A stretch of DNA of 61,582 nucleotides, filler included, from 5 parts of 5 records of this genome joined end to end with filler, not necessarily neighbours in it, one strand, 5' to 3'; shown: positions 10,365 to 21,900, counted from the first letter of the whole stretch. The notes: generated by a model from the letters alone, not told the origin. Made by a program: numbers and translations.

Positions 10365-11738
10365 TCAAGTCGCTTCGCAGGCGTCGAGATAGGCGTTCGA
10401 GAAGTCGGTGGTGAGCTCTATCCACATCGGCAGATGATCGCTCATCTTGTAGGTCCGCCATTCCTTGTATGATTTCCCTGCCAGCTGGGGTTCATACTTG
10501 GCACGCTCGTTCAGCCCGTAGACGTGATCATAGAAGTCGAAAACACCGGCGCCACGGACATCGATCCGCACATGGCCGCGCTGGCTCTCGGGCTTCCAGA
10601 AGGCGATCTGGTCGTAGGCCTTGGTCTGCGGGACATTCGACCCCGGAATCTTGCGGATATCCTTCGGCACCACGAATCCGTTGTCTTCGAGCGCCTTCAT
10701 CGTATTGTGCTCGGCGCTGATGATGTTGAAATCGCCCAGAACCGCGGAGACCATCGGGTTATCCGGATTATTCTCCATTTCTTTCGCCGCACGGTTGCCA
10801 AGCGCCTCGGTCAGCCGCCGGATTTCTCGTCGGCGCTGATCGAGGAGTTTCTCGTCTTCGTTGCTGCCGAAGTAGATGTGCACCGAGGCAAGGTTGATCT
10901 TCAGCCAGCCTGCCTGGAAGCTGACGATATAAGGCGTGCGTGCGAATTGCTTGAAGCTCTCGTCAAGTGCCCCGCCGGGAAAGCGCAGGCGGAAATTCTC
11001 TCCGGCGACGGTACCCTGCGGTACCTTGATGTTGACCCTGCCCCTGGTGTTCGGCGGCCGGGTTATTTCGGTACCTTTGGTCACCGCCAGGGTGCAGCTG
11101 TCGGGCAGGTCCAGATGGGTTCCGGCGGGGAGGGCGATTTCGACGTTCTCCTTGAGTTTGATCTTGCCGTTGCTTTTTTTTTGCGATCTCGCCTCGTAAA
11201 CGCCCGACAGGTCGACGCCATCGGGCAGTTTCAGTTCGATACCGTTTTCCAGCCGGATCCGCTCGCCGAAGCTGGCAAGAACCTTCTTGCCGTCTGGCAG
11301 TGTCAGTTCGCCGGCGATGTTGCGGAAGCGCACTCGGTTTCTGTTGAACAGGAAGACCATCCGCTCGCCATTGCCGGCTCCTCCGTCGGTTACGTCGGTG
11401 GCGAGATAATCCCAATCGGGCCCGAGTATTTTCCGCAACGCGAGGAATTCGTCCATGTCGTCGCGCACTTCCTGAATGGCGGCGATATCGAAATTGGAGA
11501 TGATTTCCGCCATGTAGTAGAGCGGTTCGTAGGTGTCCCGCCCGCCGTATTTGGTGCCGCCGAACTCGCGTATGTTCCAGGTGCCGATGCGGACCGTGGC
11601 CATGCGGTCGGTGTTTCTGGGGAAATGCGCGGCAAGCCCTTTGCGAAGGGCGCGGAGCCCGGCAATCGTGCGTTTACGCAGCTCCTCCTCGTCGGGCTTG
11701 TCGGGAACGCTCTTGCGAAGGTGGCTGTAAAACGGCAT
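10365..11738 (-). CDS. Endonuclease/exonuclease/phosphatase (DNase I-like) family protein with a large internal insertion
   Basis: TWNIREF, AIQEV, FARTP, VH, GDFN, YDQI and SDHLP catalytic motifs; ATG at 11738 with GAGG RBS. Confidence 0.9.
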   Translation of the reverse strand: MPFYSHLRKSVPDKPDEEELRKRTIAGLRALRKGLAAHFPRNTDRMATVRIGTWNIREFGGTKYGGRDTYEPLYYMAEIISNFDIAAIQEVRDDMDEFLALRKILGPDWDYLATDVTDGGAGNGERMVFLFNRNRVRFRNIAGELTLPDGKKVLASFGERIRLENGIELKLPDGVDLSGVYEARSQKKSNGKIKLKENVEIALPAGTHLDLPDSCTLAVTKGTEITRPPNTRGRVNIKVPQGTVAGENFRLRFPGGALDESFKQFARTPYIVSFQAGWLKINLASVHIYFGSNEDEKLLDQRRREIRRLTEALGNRAAKEMENNPDNPMVSAVLGDFNIISAEHNTMKALEDNGFVVPKDIRKIPGSNVPQTKAYDQIAFWKPESQRGHVRIDVRGAGVFDFYDHVYGLNERAKYEPQLAGKSYKEWRTYKMSDHLPMWIELTTDFSNAYLDACEAT

Positions 11739-11902
11739 GGGGTCCCCCTCCTCATTCCGGATCGCAGCGAGCACGATTTCACAACTGGAATTATTCTACG
11801 ATCGGAGTGGCGGCATTGCAACGCTAGATAGCCAATAGCGCGATTAGTTCATCTTCTTGCGTTGTCATTCGCGCCACCCGGGCAGCCGGGCGGCAAGGCG
11901 CC

Positions 11903-12769
11903 CTAACCGCCGTTGGTCTTGGCCCGGGCGTAATCGCAGATGGCGCCGATCAGCGTCGACAGGTTGGTGCGCAGGCTATCGAAGCTGTCGGCCTTCACCT
12001 TGGTCATGTCGTCGAGGATCAGATCGCGGTTGATTTCGATCTGCAGGCTGTGCCGGTTTTCCGCCGGCGTGCCGGTCATGCGGACCAGTTCGACACCCTT
12101 GAACGGGTTGTTGAGCACCGTCTTGTAGCCCATACCACGCAGTTGCGTGGCGACGAAATCGGTGAATTCGGCATTACACGTGGTGCCGTCGCGATCGCCC
12201 AGGCAGAAATCGGCGCGCTGGATGCCCGGGCCTTCCGGCGAACGGTCGTCGCTTAGTCCCGGCATCGAATGGCAGTTGATGTGCCAGACGGCGCCGAACT
12301 TGCGGTGGGTTTCGTCAACCGCATCCATCAGCTTTTTCTGATAGGGCTGATGATAGGTGTCGATGCGGGACTGGACCTCGGCCACCGACAGCGTGCGGCC
12401 GTATACCGGATGTCCCGGCTTTGCCATGCGCCAGATCAGGCCGATGCCCGATTCGGTCTTGATGCTGGGCGTCACCGGGCCGGGCCAGGGTTCGGAAAGC
12501 AATTCCTGGTCGATGTCGGTGATGGTGCGGTTCGGGTCGATATAGGTGCGCGGGAAATGCGCTTCGAGCAGCGGCGCGCCGTATTTTGGGGCGTCGGCGT
12601 ACAACTCGTCGATATAGGTGTCCTCGCCCATGCGCAGAACCGCTTCTGCCACCGAATACTTGAAATCGTCGGGATAGACGGTGCCGCTGTGCGGCGAATC
12701 GAAAACGACGGGTGCGGCTTTGGTCTCGGGTTCGAAATAGGACAGCACGCCCGGGATCTTTTGGTTCAC
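11903..12769 (-). CDS. N-formylglutamate amidohydrolase family protein
   Basis: DSPHSG, EDTYID, RTYIDPNR, CHSMP, NNPFKG and LQIEINR motifs. Confidence 0.92.
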   Translation of the reverse strand: MNQKIPGVLSYFEPETKAAPVVFDSPHSGTVYPDDFKYSVAEAVLRMGEDTYIDELYADAPKYGAPLLEAHFPRTYIDPNRTITDIDQELLSEPWPGPVTPSIKTESGIGLIWRMAKPGHPVYGRTLSVAEVQSRIDTYHQPYQKKLMDAVDETHRKFGAVWHINCHSMPGLSDDRSPEGPGIQRADFCLGDRDGTTCNAEFTDFVATQLRGMGYKTVLNNPFKGVELVRMTGTPAENRHSLQIEINRDLILDDMTKVKADSFDSLRTNLSTLIGAICDYARAKTNGG

Positions 12770-12814
12770 TTTCTTTTCTCCTGTCTTGATTCAGGTTTGT
12801 TTTTTTCCGCCGGC

Positions 12815-13648
12815 TCAGCCGTCGTTCAAATGACAGGCCGACAGACGCCCCGGCGCGATTTCACGCAAGGCGGGATTTTCCTGCTTGCAGCGTTCGGTCG
12901 CGTGTTGGCAGCGCGGATGGAAATAACAGCCCGACGGCGGGTCGATGGGCGACGGAATTTCACCGACCACCGGTTTGAACTGGTGGTGGCGGTCTTCCAG
13001 GCGTGGGACTTCGCGCAGCAGAACCTGCGTATAGGGATGGTTCGGCTTGTCGAAAATTTCCTCGGTTTCGCCGGCCTCGACGATACGGCCCAGATACATG
13101 ATGACGATGCGGTCCGAGATATGTTCGACGACGCCGATGTCGTGGCTGATGAACAGATAGGTGAGGTTCAGGTCCTCGCGCAGTTTCATGAACAGGTTCA
13201 GGATCTGCGCCTGGATGGAAACGTCGAGCGCGGCGACGGATTCGTCGCAAACGATGAATTCGGGTTTTACCGCGAGCGCCCGCGCGATGCCGATGCGCTG
13301 GCGCTGCCCGCCGGAAAACTGATGCGGATAGCGCCGCTTGAATTCCGGATCGAGGCCGCACAGGTCCATCACTTCGTCCAGGTAGCCGTCGGCTTCCGAC
13401 TTCGAGACGACCCCGTGCAGCAACGGCGCTTCGCCGATGATGTCCTGCATGCGCATGCGCGGGTTCAGCGAGGCAAAGGGATCCTGAAAGATCATCTGCG
13501 TTTTCAGGGCCGTTTGCCGGGCCTCGGCGCCTTCCATTTTGTAGACGTCGGTCCCGCGATAGTGGATGACACCTTCGGTCGGCCGCATGATGCCGGCGAC
13601 CATGCGCCCCAGGGTCGACTTGCCGCAGCCGGATTCTCCGACCAGGCC
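12815..13648 (-). CDS. Oligopeptide/dipeptide ABC transporter ATP-binding subunit (OppF/DppF-like), 5'-truncated by contig end
   Basis: Walker A GESGCGKST, QMIFQDP, FSGGQRQR, CDE, HPYT and GCYFHPRC. Confidence 0.92.
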   Translation of the reverse strand, partial: GLVGESGCGKSTLGRMVAGIMRPTEGVIHYRGTDVYKMEGAEARQTALKTQMIFQDPFASLNPRMRMQDIIGEAPLLHGVVSKSEADGYLDEVMDLCGLDPEFKRRYPHQFSGGQRQRIGIARALAVKPEFIVCDESVAALDVSIQAQILNLFMKLREDLNLTYLFISHDIGVVEHISDRIVIMYLGRIVEAGETEEIFDKPNHPYTQVLLREVPRLEDRHHQFKPVVGEIPSPIDPPSGCYFHPRCQHATERCKQENPALREIAPGRLSACHLNDG

Positions 13649-13649
13649 G

Positions 13650-13749
13650 NNNNNNNNNNNNNNNNNNNNNNNNNNNNNNNNNNNNNNNNNNNNTTAATTA
13701 ATTAANNNNNNNNNNNNNNNNNNNNNNNNNNNNNNNNNNNNNNNNNNNN
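13650..13749. other. Artificial contig linker
   Basis: N-run + TTAATTAATTAA (stops in all six frames) + N-run; base composition changes across it. Confidence 0.98.
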
Positions 13750-13769
13750 TAAGGCGCCTAATCGCGATT

Positions 13770-14078
13770 TCATAAACTGCTTTCCAACACCCTGTAGTGT
13801 TTGACTTCCAGATCCGGCTCTATCTCGTATTTATAATCTTCCGGGTATAGCCTGGCCTCGGAAATGTTTTCCCCGGCGAACTTTTTGACGTCTTCCAGGG
13901 AATTCCAATAGGTCACAAGGACGATTTCAACCATGTCGCCGGTATCTCTTTCCAATATTTGAAATCCTTGAAATCCTTCCAATGATGAAGTCTCACTGAC
14001 GCCGGTTTGGTCCAGGTATTCAAGGAATCCGTCCCTATGCCGATTAGGACATCTGCATTTCCATTCGCGTGCGATCAT
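13770..14078 (-). CDS. Antibiotic biosynthesis monooxygenase (ABM)-like small protein
   Basis: MIAREW, GFQG, VTYWNSLEDVKKFAG and YPED pattern; AGGAG RBS. Confidence 0.8.
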   Translation of the reverse strand: MIAREWKCRCPNRHRDGFLEYLDQTGVSETSSLEGFQGFQILERDTGDMVEIVLVTYWNSLEDVKKFAGENISEARLYPEDYKYEIEPDLEVKHYRVLESSL

Positions 14079-14366
14079 TGCTCCGCTCCTTATGTTTATT
14101 ACTAATAACAACCTGTTGAACAGGCGCCGGGCCCGCGGTTGCATTTTATAAACCGGCGCGGTCCCATTAATTTATTCGTAATACGATTGTTATGGTAAAG
14201 GCAATCTTAAAGGTATATAAAAGGACGGTTTTTTAGGCTGTTGCCGCCCCGGTCGGGCGGGGTGTAAAATGGTTGTGAGGCCCGGTTGTTTTCCGAGCCT
14301 TTTTGAAATATATCTAGCGGTCAGCGGATGCGGCCGATTTTTGGTTATTTACTGGAGGTTTTCGAC

Positions 14367-17342
14367 ATGCTTATGGAAATAGACCGGATGAAGGAAGAGT
14401 TCGACGCCCGTTTTAAGGTGTTCCATGAGCTGATGAAGAAAAAGATACGGGAAGTTCTTCTAATATCTTCTCCTTACGACGCCTGGATAATGGAGGAGGA
14501 CGCGAGGCTTTCCGAAAGGATCATTACCGAGTACAGGGGATTGAACCTCAGCCATCCACCGCGTCTTCACTGGGTTTCAACGGTCGAAGACGCCCTTGAG
14601 GAACTGGCCCGTGAAGAACGTAAATACGACATGGTTATCAACATGTCCCGGAGCGCGGATATCAGCGCCTTTAATATCGGCGCGGCCATTAAGGACAAAA
14701 ATCCCGATTTGCCCGTAATGCTTCTGAGTCATCAGAGCCTGCCCCTGGCGGATTGCCTGTTGGAGCCGTCTTCGCCAACGGATGTGGACGGAGTTTTTGT
14801 CTGGTCGGGCAACACGGATATTCTGCTGGCATTGATCAAGAGCGCCGAAGACAGGATGAACGCGGCCAATGACAGCCAGGTCGCGGGAATCAGGGTGATT
14901 ATCTTTGTCGAGGATTCGCCGGCCTATGCTTCTTCCATTCTGCCCATTCTGTACAAGGAACTGGTTAGCCAAACCCAGGCGGTCATGGAAGAAGGACTTA
15001 ACGAGGAGCACCGCCTGCTGGCCATGCGCGCCCGGCCCAAAATACTTATTGCCCAGACCTATGAGGAGGCCGTGGATCTTTTTGAACGCTTCGAACCTTA
15101 CGTTCTGGGGGTAATTTCGGATGTCAGGTATCCCCGGGGCTGTGATATGGATGATTTTGCCGGCCCGGATCTCCTTAAAAAAATTAAAAAGGAACGCTTT
15201 GACGTGCCTTTGCTGTTGACCAGTTCAGACCCGAATAACGCGGAAAAGGCGGCTGAAATACCGGCGGCCTTTGTGGATAAGAATTCACCGGCGCTGCATT
15301 CTGAAGTAAGCGAATTTTTACTGAACAATCTCGGGTTCGGAGATTTTGTTTTCAGAATGCCCGACAGGAAAGAAGTCGGCCGCGCCCAGAATTTGCGATC
15401 CCTGGAAAAAGTGCTTATGACCGTCCCGGAGGAGTCCTTTCATTATCATGCCAGGCGGAATGATTTTTCGAGGTGGTTGTTCGCCAGGGCGGAAATCGAA
15501 CTGGCGTCAAAGGTGCGTCCGATTCGGGATGAGCATTTCGCGGATTTTCAAAACCACCGGGAATACCTGGTCGACCTGATTCATGCCCGCAGAATGGAAC
15601 GTCAAAAGGGTATTGTAGTAAATTTCGATGCCGGCGACTTTGATCAGGACACGGAATTTTTCAAGATCGGGACGGGATCCTTGGGAGGCAAGGGCAGGGG
15701 GCTGGCCTTTATGTCTTCCTTCCTGAAAAGGCACAGACATATAAGTGAAAAATACAACGGCATCAATATATTCATCCCTCAGACCCTGGTGATAACCACG
15801 GAATGCTTTGTGTCGTTTGTGGAAAAAAACGATCTGCTGCAATATTCCAAGGGGGACTGGGCGGATGGTGAAATTGCAAACAGGTTTCTTGAGGCTGAAT
15901 TTCCGGAATCCATGAGAAGCGACTTACGGTCGTTTTTATCTCAGATAAAACGCCCCCTGGCCATTCGCTCATCCAGTCTGCTGGAAGACGCCCAGTTCAG
16001 GGCGTACGCCGGATTGTATAAAACCTACATGCTTCCCAACAACGAGTCTGATTTGGAATTGCGCGTGGAAAGGCTGATCGAAGCGGTCAAACTGGTTTTT
16101 GCATCAACCTATTTTGAAGGCCCAAAAGCCTTTTCCCGGCGCGTGGGGCAGCGCACCGAAGAAGAAAAAATGGCGGTCATAATTCAGCGGGTTGTCGGTT
16201 CGGCCGTGGGCGATTATGTATACCCGGACATATCCGGCGTGGCTCAATCATACAATTACTATCCGTTTTCCAAGATGAAGCCCGAGGAAGGAATTGCCAC
16301 CATAGCCCTTGGCTTGGGTAAAACGGTTATGGAAGGGGGCAAGGCCCTTAGGTTTTCACCAAAATATCCTCAGATTTTGCCTCAGCGTTCAAAAGTGGAA
16401 GATGTTTTGGATAATGCCCAGACGTATTTTTATGCGCTTAAAATGGACGGCGATTCAACCGGATTGACCATCGGGGATACAACGACTTTGGAAAAACGCG
16501 ATGTGATCGACGCCGCGGATGAGCCTTCAATTCAACGCCTGGCCGGCACGTACATACCCGAGGAGCACAGGATCCGGGACACAACCATGATCCCGGGGCA
16601 TAGAATTCTTACTTTTGCTCCTGTATTAAAATACGGCGCCTTTCCACTCGCCGAGATATTAACCGATGTGCTTGCCGTGGGCGAGGAAGGCATGGGCGCC
16701 CAGGTGGAGCTTGAATTTTCCGTTAATCTGGACAAGGGAAATTCCGCCAGGCCCGAGTTCGCCGTACTGCAATTAAGACCCATGACCGCCAGGGAGGACC
16801 TTTTCGATGTTGATATAACAACCGATGATGTTGACCGGGCTTTTTGCTATTCAACCCAGGCCCTGGGCAACGGTATCAAGGACAATATCAGGGATATATT
16901 GTTCGTGAAGCCAGAGTCGTTTGACCCAGGCCGTACGCCGGAAATCGCGGTCGAAATCGGCGAGCTTAACGCGGGTTTGCTTAAGGAAGACCGAAAGTAT
17001 CTTCTTATCGGTCCGGGGCGGTGGGGATCTTCGGACCGCTGGTTAGGCATACCTGTATCCTGGCCGGAAATATGCGGCGTGGGAGCAATGGTTGAAGCCG
17101 CCCACAGTCAGCTTAAGGCCGAACCATCCCAGGGATCTCATTTTTTCCATAACATCACCACGCTGGGGATCGGCTATGCAACCGTGTCGGAAGAAAAGGG
17201 CGACTTTATAGACTGGGCCTGGCTGTCTTCCCTGCCGAAGCACGGCGAGAAAAAATACACGGCCCATGTTCGACTGGACAAGTCGCTGAAGATGAAAATT
17301 GACGGCCGGGCGTCCAAAAGCACTATAACGGCCGGCCGTTAA
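14367..17342 (+). CDS. Receiver-like domains fused to a PEP-synthase/PPDK nucleotide-binding (PPDK_N) domain
   Basis: IIFVED and GVISDVRYP receiver-like segments; GSLGGKGRGL, LAIRSSSLLED, MAVIIQ, GLGKTV and LQLRP; GGAGG RBS before ATG 14367. Confidence 0.85.
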   Translation: MLMEIDRMKEEFDARFKVFHELMKKKIREVLLISSPYDAWIMEEDARLSERIITEYRGLNLSHPPRLHWVSTVEDALEELAREERKYDMVINMSRSADISAFNIGAAIKDKNPDLPVMLLSHQSLPLADCLLEPSSPTDVDGVFVWSGNTDILLALIKSAEDRMNAANDSQVAGIRVIIFVEDSPAYASSILPILYKELVSQTQAVMEEGLNEEHRLLAMRARPKILIAQTYEEAVDLFERFEPYVLGVISDVRYPRGCDMDDFAGPDLLKKIKKERFDVPLLLTSSDPNNAEKAAEIPAAFVDKNSPALHSEVSEFLLNNLGFGDFVFRMPDRKEVGRAQNLRSLEKVLMTVPEESFHYHARRNDFSRWLFARAEIELASKVRPIRDEHFADFQNHREYLVDLIHARRMERQKGIVVNFDAGDFDQDTEFFKIGTGSLGGKGRGLAFMSSFLKRHRHISEKYNGINIFIPQTLVITTECFVSFVEKNDLLQYSKGDWADGEIANRFLEAEFPESMRSDLRSFLSQIKRPLAIRSSSLLEDAQFRAYAGLYKTYMLPNNESDLELRVERLIEAVKLVFASTYFEGPKAFSRRVGQRTEEEKMAVIIQRVVGSAVGDYVYPDISGVAQSYNYYPFSKMKPEEGIATIALGLGKTVMEGGKALRFSPKYPQILPQRSKVEDVLDNAQTYFYALKMDGDSTGLTIGDTTTLEKRDVIDAADEPSIQRLAGTYIPEEHRIRDTTMIPGHRILTFAPVLKYGAFPLAEILTDVLAVGEEGMGAQVELEFSVNLDKGNSARPEFAVLQLRPMTAREDLFDVDITTDDVDRAFCYSTQALGNGIKDNIRDILFVKPESFDPGRTPEIAVEIGELNAGLLKEDRKYLLIGPGRWGSSDRWLGIPVSWPEICGVGAMVEAAHSQLKAEPSQGSHFFHNITTLGIGYATVSEEKGDFIDWAWLSSLPKHGEKKYTAHVRLDKSLKMKIDGRASKSTITAGR

Positions 17343-17556
17343 CACCGGTTTCGTCAATATGAAATTAAAATAAATATTTTTCCGGCCATAAAAAGGCCAT
17401 AAAAAAACGGTAATAATCATTTGACAATGACGGCTGTTTTGCCTTTATTTATTATTGAATTTGCGGATTGAACCTTCCGATGGAGGTTTCTTTCCCTGAA
17501 GCTTGCCGCGGGGCGGTTCAAGTAAGTATATATTATCGAAGGTTTTCGAGGAGAGC

Positions 17557-17937
17557 ATGGCAAACAAGAAAAAAACGGATAGCGGAAACCTGGACAGAAT
17601 TCTCGCCGAAACAATAAAAAGCCGTGAACAAAGGGAAAAGGGGTACCGGGAACGGGCTCTCAAACTTTTTCCCCATGTGTGCGCCAATTGCGGACGAGAA
17701 TTCAGCGGGAAAAAGCTTCGCGAATTGACCGTTCACCACAAGGACCATAACCACGACAATAATCCTCCGGACGGCAGCAACTGGGAGCTTTTGTGCATTT
17801 ACTGCCATGACAACGAGCACCAGCGGGATCAGGTGGCTGATGCATATGCCGAAGAAACGCCCCGGGAGTCCGACAAAACCTCCACCACTTTCCAACCTTT
17901 TGCCGGTCTGGCGGATTTGCTTAAGGATAAGAAATAG
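17557..17937 (+). CDS. yajD: YajD-family HNH nuclease
   Basis: YRERALKLFPHVCANC and LTVHHKDHNHDNNPPDGSNWELLCIYCHDNEH. Confidence 0.9.
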   Translation: MANKKKTDSGNLDRILAETIKSREQREKGYRERALKLFPHVCANCGREFSGKKLRELTVHHKDHNHDNNPPDGSNWELLCIYCHDNEHQRDQVADAYAEETPRESDKTSTTFQPFAGLADLLKDKK

Positions 17938-17955
17938 AATTCCGTTTTCAAAGGA

Positions 17956-18924
17956 ATGCCGGCTGTGAAGTTAATCGGGAAATATTGGTTTTTTATCGGC
18001 ATTGCCGCCATGGTGGCGGCCGCATTCGCGGCGCCTTCCGCGGGGGATTTTTTCCACGAACATAACGTCTTGAATATAGGAATTTTTCTTGCCTTTCTGG
18101 CCACCGGTCTTACCCTGGAAACATCCAGCCTGGCGGCTCAGTTGAAACAATTTAAAGTCCTTGCCGCCGCCTTGACCTCGTCCCTGGTTTTGATCCCGAT
18201 CATTGCCTATTATGGTGCGCTGCAATTGTTTCCGGACTGGCCCGAATTCGCCGTCGGCGCCCTGATAATAGGAACCGCGCCGGTCACGGTCGCTTCGGGA
18301 ACTGTTATGACCGCCATTGCCGGCGGTAACGTGCCCCTGAGTTTGTTTATTTGCGTTCTCTGTAATTTTGCCTCCATCATAACCATTCCCATAATGCTGA
18401 AACTCATTTTGCATTTTGGTGAAGGGGGCGTAAAGCTGCCGGTGGTGAAGATGTTCCTCAGCCTGACCCTAAAGGTTGTTCTTCCAATTGTTATCGGGCA
18501 GGTGCTGCGAATATGGGTCAAGGATTTGATCAAGAAGCTGGGGAAGCCGTTTTCAATTTTCAATCAATGCATCGTTTTGTTGATTATCTTTAACGCGGTT
18601 TCCAGTTCGACCGGAAAAATAATTCAAGCGGGGTCGGTGCTGGTTTATGTTTTCGGCTTCATGATTTTTCTGCATATATTGATTCTCATGATGAACCTGG
18701 GTATTTCCAGGATGCTGAGGCTGGATCTTCCTTCCACGGCCGCGTTCACCATTCATACATCTCAAAAAACCCTGACCATTTCATACCTGGTCTGGGCCGG
18801 CTTTTTTGCAACAACCTTCCCCATGGCGCTCATACCCGGAATCGCCTATCATCTGACCCAGATGATCATGGACAGTTTTGTCGCCCAGATATTCTGGCAC
18901 AAAATTTCCCGGGCAAAAGCCTGA
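17956..18924 (+). CDS. Bile acid:sodium symporter (SBF-like) family transporter
   Basis: FLATGLTL, PVTVASG..MT..AGGN and SQKTL motifs; about 10 TM segments. Confidence 0.88.
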   Translation: MPAVKLIGKYWFFIGIAAMVAAAFAAPSAGDFFHEHNVLNIGIFLAFLATGLTLETSSLAAQLKQFKVLAAALTSSLVLIPIIAYYGALQLFPDWPEFAVGALIIGTAPVTVASGTVMTAIAGGNVPLSLFICVLCNFASIITIPIMLKLILHFGEGGVKLPVVKMFLSLTLKVVLPIVIGQVLRIWVKDLIKKLGKPFSIFNQCIVLLIIFNAVSSSTGKIIQAGSVLVYVFGFMIFLHILILMMNLGISRMLRLDLPSTAAFTIHTSQKTLTISYLVWAGFFATTFPMALIPGIAYHLTQMIMDSFVAQIFWHKISRAKA

Positions 18925-18971
18925 CCGGGCCGGCTTTGACATAAATTCGCTTCCAGGTGAAATTGGCGGGC

Positions 18972-21900
18972 TTAATCCATGCCCAGTTTTTTCATGCGGG
19001 AATGAAGGGTGGTTCTTTTTAATCCCAATAAAGCCGCGGCGCCTTTTTCTCCGCCGACCAGGCCGCCGGTTTTTTGAAGCACGTAACTTATATAACGACG
19101 CTGCAATTCATCCATGTCGGGCAAATCTTCAAACGGATGGAGGCTGTCTTTTTGTTCTTCCACTGCAACGTTCAATTCGAGTCGTTCTTCCGGAGACATC
19201 AGAACGGCCCTTTCCATAACATTCTGCAACTCACGAACATTGCCCGGCCAACCGTATCTTTTCAACATGTCTTCGTCTTCCGGAGAAAGAGCGAGCGCGG
19301 GCCGGTTGTGCTTTCTGGTATAGATTCCGAGAAAATGGCGGGCCAACAGGATAATGTCTTCGGGCCTTTCGCGAAGCGGGGGCAGAGTCAACTCCAGAAC
19401 GTTAAGACGATAGTAAAGATCTTCACGAAAACGGCCGGCCGATACTTCATTTGCCAGGTCCCTGTTTGTGGCTGTAAGCAACCGAAAATCGGAATACAGG
19501 TTTTTATGGCCGCCTATGCGGACAAAGGATTTTTCCTGGATAACCCGTAGAAATTTGGCCTGCAGATGATGTGGGATTTCGCCGACTTCGTCGATAAAAA
19601 GCGTGCCGCCGTCGGCCATTTCCAGCCGTCCGGGCTTGCGCCTGTCCGCTCCCGTGAAAGCCCCTTTTTCATGCCCGAACAGTTCGCTTTCCACCAGGTT
19701 TTCCGGAATGGTCGTGGGGTCCACAACCACGAAAGGCCCCTGGTTGCGGTGGCTTCTTTGGTGGATCCAACGGGCCAGCAGTTCCTTGCCCACGCCTGTT
19801 TCTCCGGATATAAGCACGGAAGCGCCTGATTTGGCCGTCCGGTCGGACTGGGCCAGAACCCTGGCCATGGCCCGGCTGGTGCTGATGATTTCCCGGCCGT
19901 TTGATGCTTCCTGTCTTCCCGGTTTGTCAATGGCCGCTTTTTTGGCATCTTCGAGCATGCGTCCGTATTCCCAGATCCGTTCAACATAGGAAGTCAGATG
20001 TTGGGTCAGAAGATTTAATAAAGGGCCTTGGGCAAAATCAAAACAGTTGTCCAGGTACGAGTTGTCGAAATAAAGCACGCCCCGGACTTTGCCGTTAATC
20101 TTTAAAGGGAGGCAGAGAATTGCCCTGACTTTTCCGCCGGATATGCGATCCGGCGCCTGAGGTATCGAGGTCAGCGGCCGGTTTTCCCGGAATGATTTGA
20201 ACACCAGGGCGAGATTGGGCCGAAATGCTTCGGACCAGACTTCGCTTTGGGCCAGGTTTCGGGTCGCCCTTAATTCCGGTTTTCCGCTTTCGCCGCTAAA
20301 CCAGAACAGGCCGCCCCTTTCGGACATGAAAAACCTGTTCATGGCCGATACCAGTTGCTGCAATACTTCATCCCTGGTCGGTTTGGGTATAAGGTCTTCG
20401 CTTATTTCCATGAAACGTCTCAGGATTTCTTCAGGAGAATCGCCGTTGCGTTTATCCGGCTGCCTGCTTTCCAGCAGAAATCTGAGGCCGTCCGGGAATA
20501 GTTCCTCCCAGTACCCGGACAACCCCTGCCTGGCCTGCTGGGCCAGGTCCCGGCTTTCTTCCGTCTGGCCTTCATCCAGCTTCAAAAGGGCAAGCTCCAG
20601 CCTGGTTTTGGCCAATTGAACAGGATCGCCGGCCCGCAGCAGATAATCCTGGCTTAACAAAAGATCTTTTAAGGCTGCTTCACGATCTTCTCCCCGGTCC
20701 AGGGCGCCCTTGGCCCTGAGTCTCAGGGCCACGCCGCGTATATGTATATTGGGCTCAATCATGGCCCGTTCGAAATAGTCTTCAAAAGAATGATCGGGGA
20801 AGACGATGAATCCGTTTTTTTCCAGTTCAAAAATCATCTCCAGCACCCATGGAGATGAATACTGCCGCACGATTCCGGAATCAACCGTCCTGACCAGGCT
20901 TTCAGTTAATAGATCGTATGTTCTTTTTATGTTTCCTTCCAGAAAATAGTAATAGGCCAAACCGCCGTTGGCCAAATACAATGCCAGAGGATTTTGAGCG
21001 GATTCCGCCTCACGGCGAGCTGATTTTAGATGGTGCAGGGCTTCCTGGTTTCTCTTTATCAATAGCAGCACCGTGCCCAATACGGCCCTGGTTACCGCGG
21101 CAGCTCCCTGCTGTCCCCTGCGGCGGGCCAGATGCCAGAAAAAATCCAAGCGGCCCACAGCCCGGTGAAACTGACCTAAATAGGCCTCGCACAGACCGAA
21201 CATTATGGCGCTCAAAGGATGAAATATATCGTTGGATTTAAAATCTGCAACTTTTATCGCCCCTTCAAAAAAACGGGCTGCATCCGGGAATAGTCCGTGC
21301 ATCAGGTAATACAATCCCAGGAACTCGGCCGCCTGGTCAATGATATCGGCATCCCCCAACTCTTCGACTTTTTCCTTGCCGACCGCCAGAAGATTCAGTG
21401 CTTCAACACGACGGTCGCCCACGTAATACAATCGTCCGAGATGCAGGTTGGCCATGGCCCAACTACGTTGGTCGCCCAGGCGCCCGGCCGCGTCCCTGGC
21501 TGCAATCAAAAAGGCGGCGGATTGAATCAAGCCCTGGCCCGAGGCAAAACACCGGTCGGAAAGCTGCAAAATGGCCGGCGCCAGTCGTCCGCCTTCTTCG
21601 TGGTTTTTAACCAGGGCCGGGAGCCTTTTCTCCGCTTTATTCAAACAGGCAAGGCCCGCATCAAAATCATTATGCTTAATAGCCTCTATTATCAGTTCTA
21701 TCTCGATTTCAAGGGCTTCAATGTCATGCCCGGCCTCGGCATATATATGAGCCAGCATGGTCCGTCCGATCCGGTCGCCCAGGTCCAGTCGCCTGAACTG
21801 ATCCAGCATCAGGGACAACCGCTCGGCGGTGTTAATCTTCTTGAATTTTTCCAATGCATAAAGCGGTAGGCCGGAGGCGAGTTCAAACCGGTCTCCTTCC

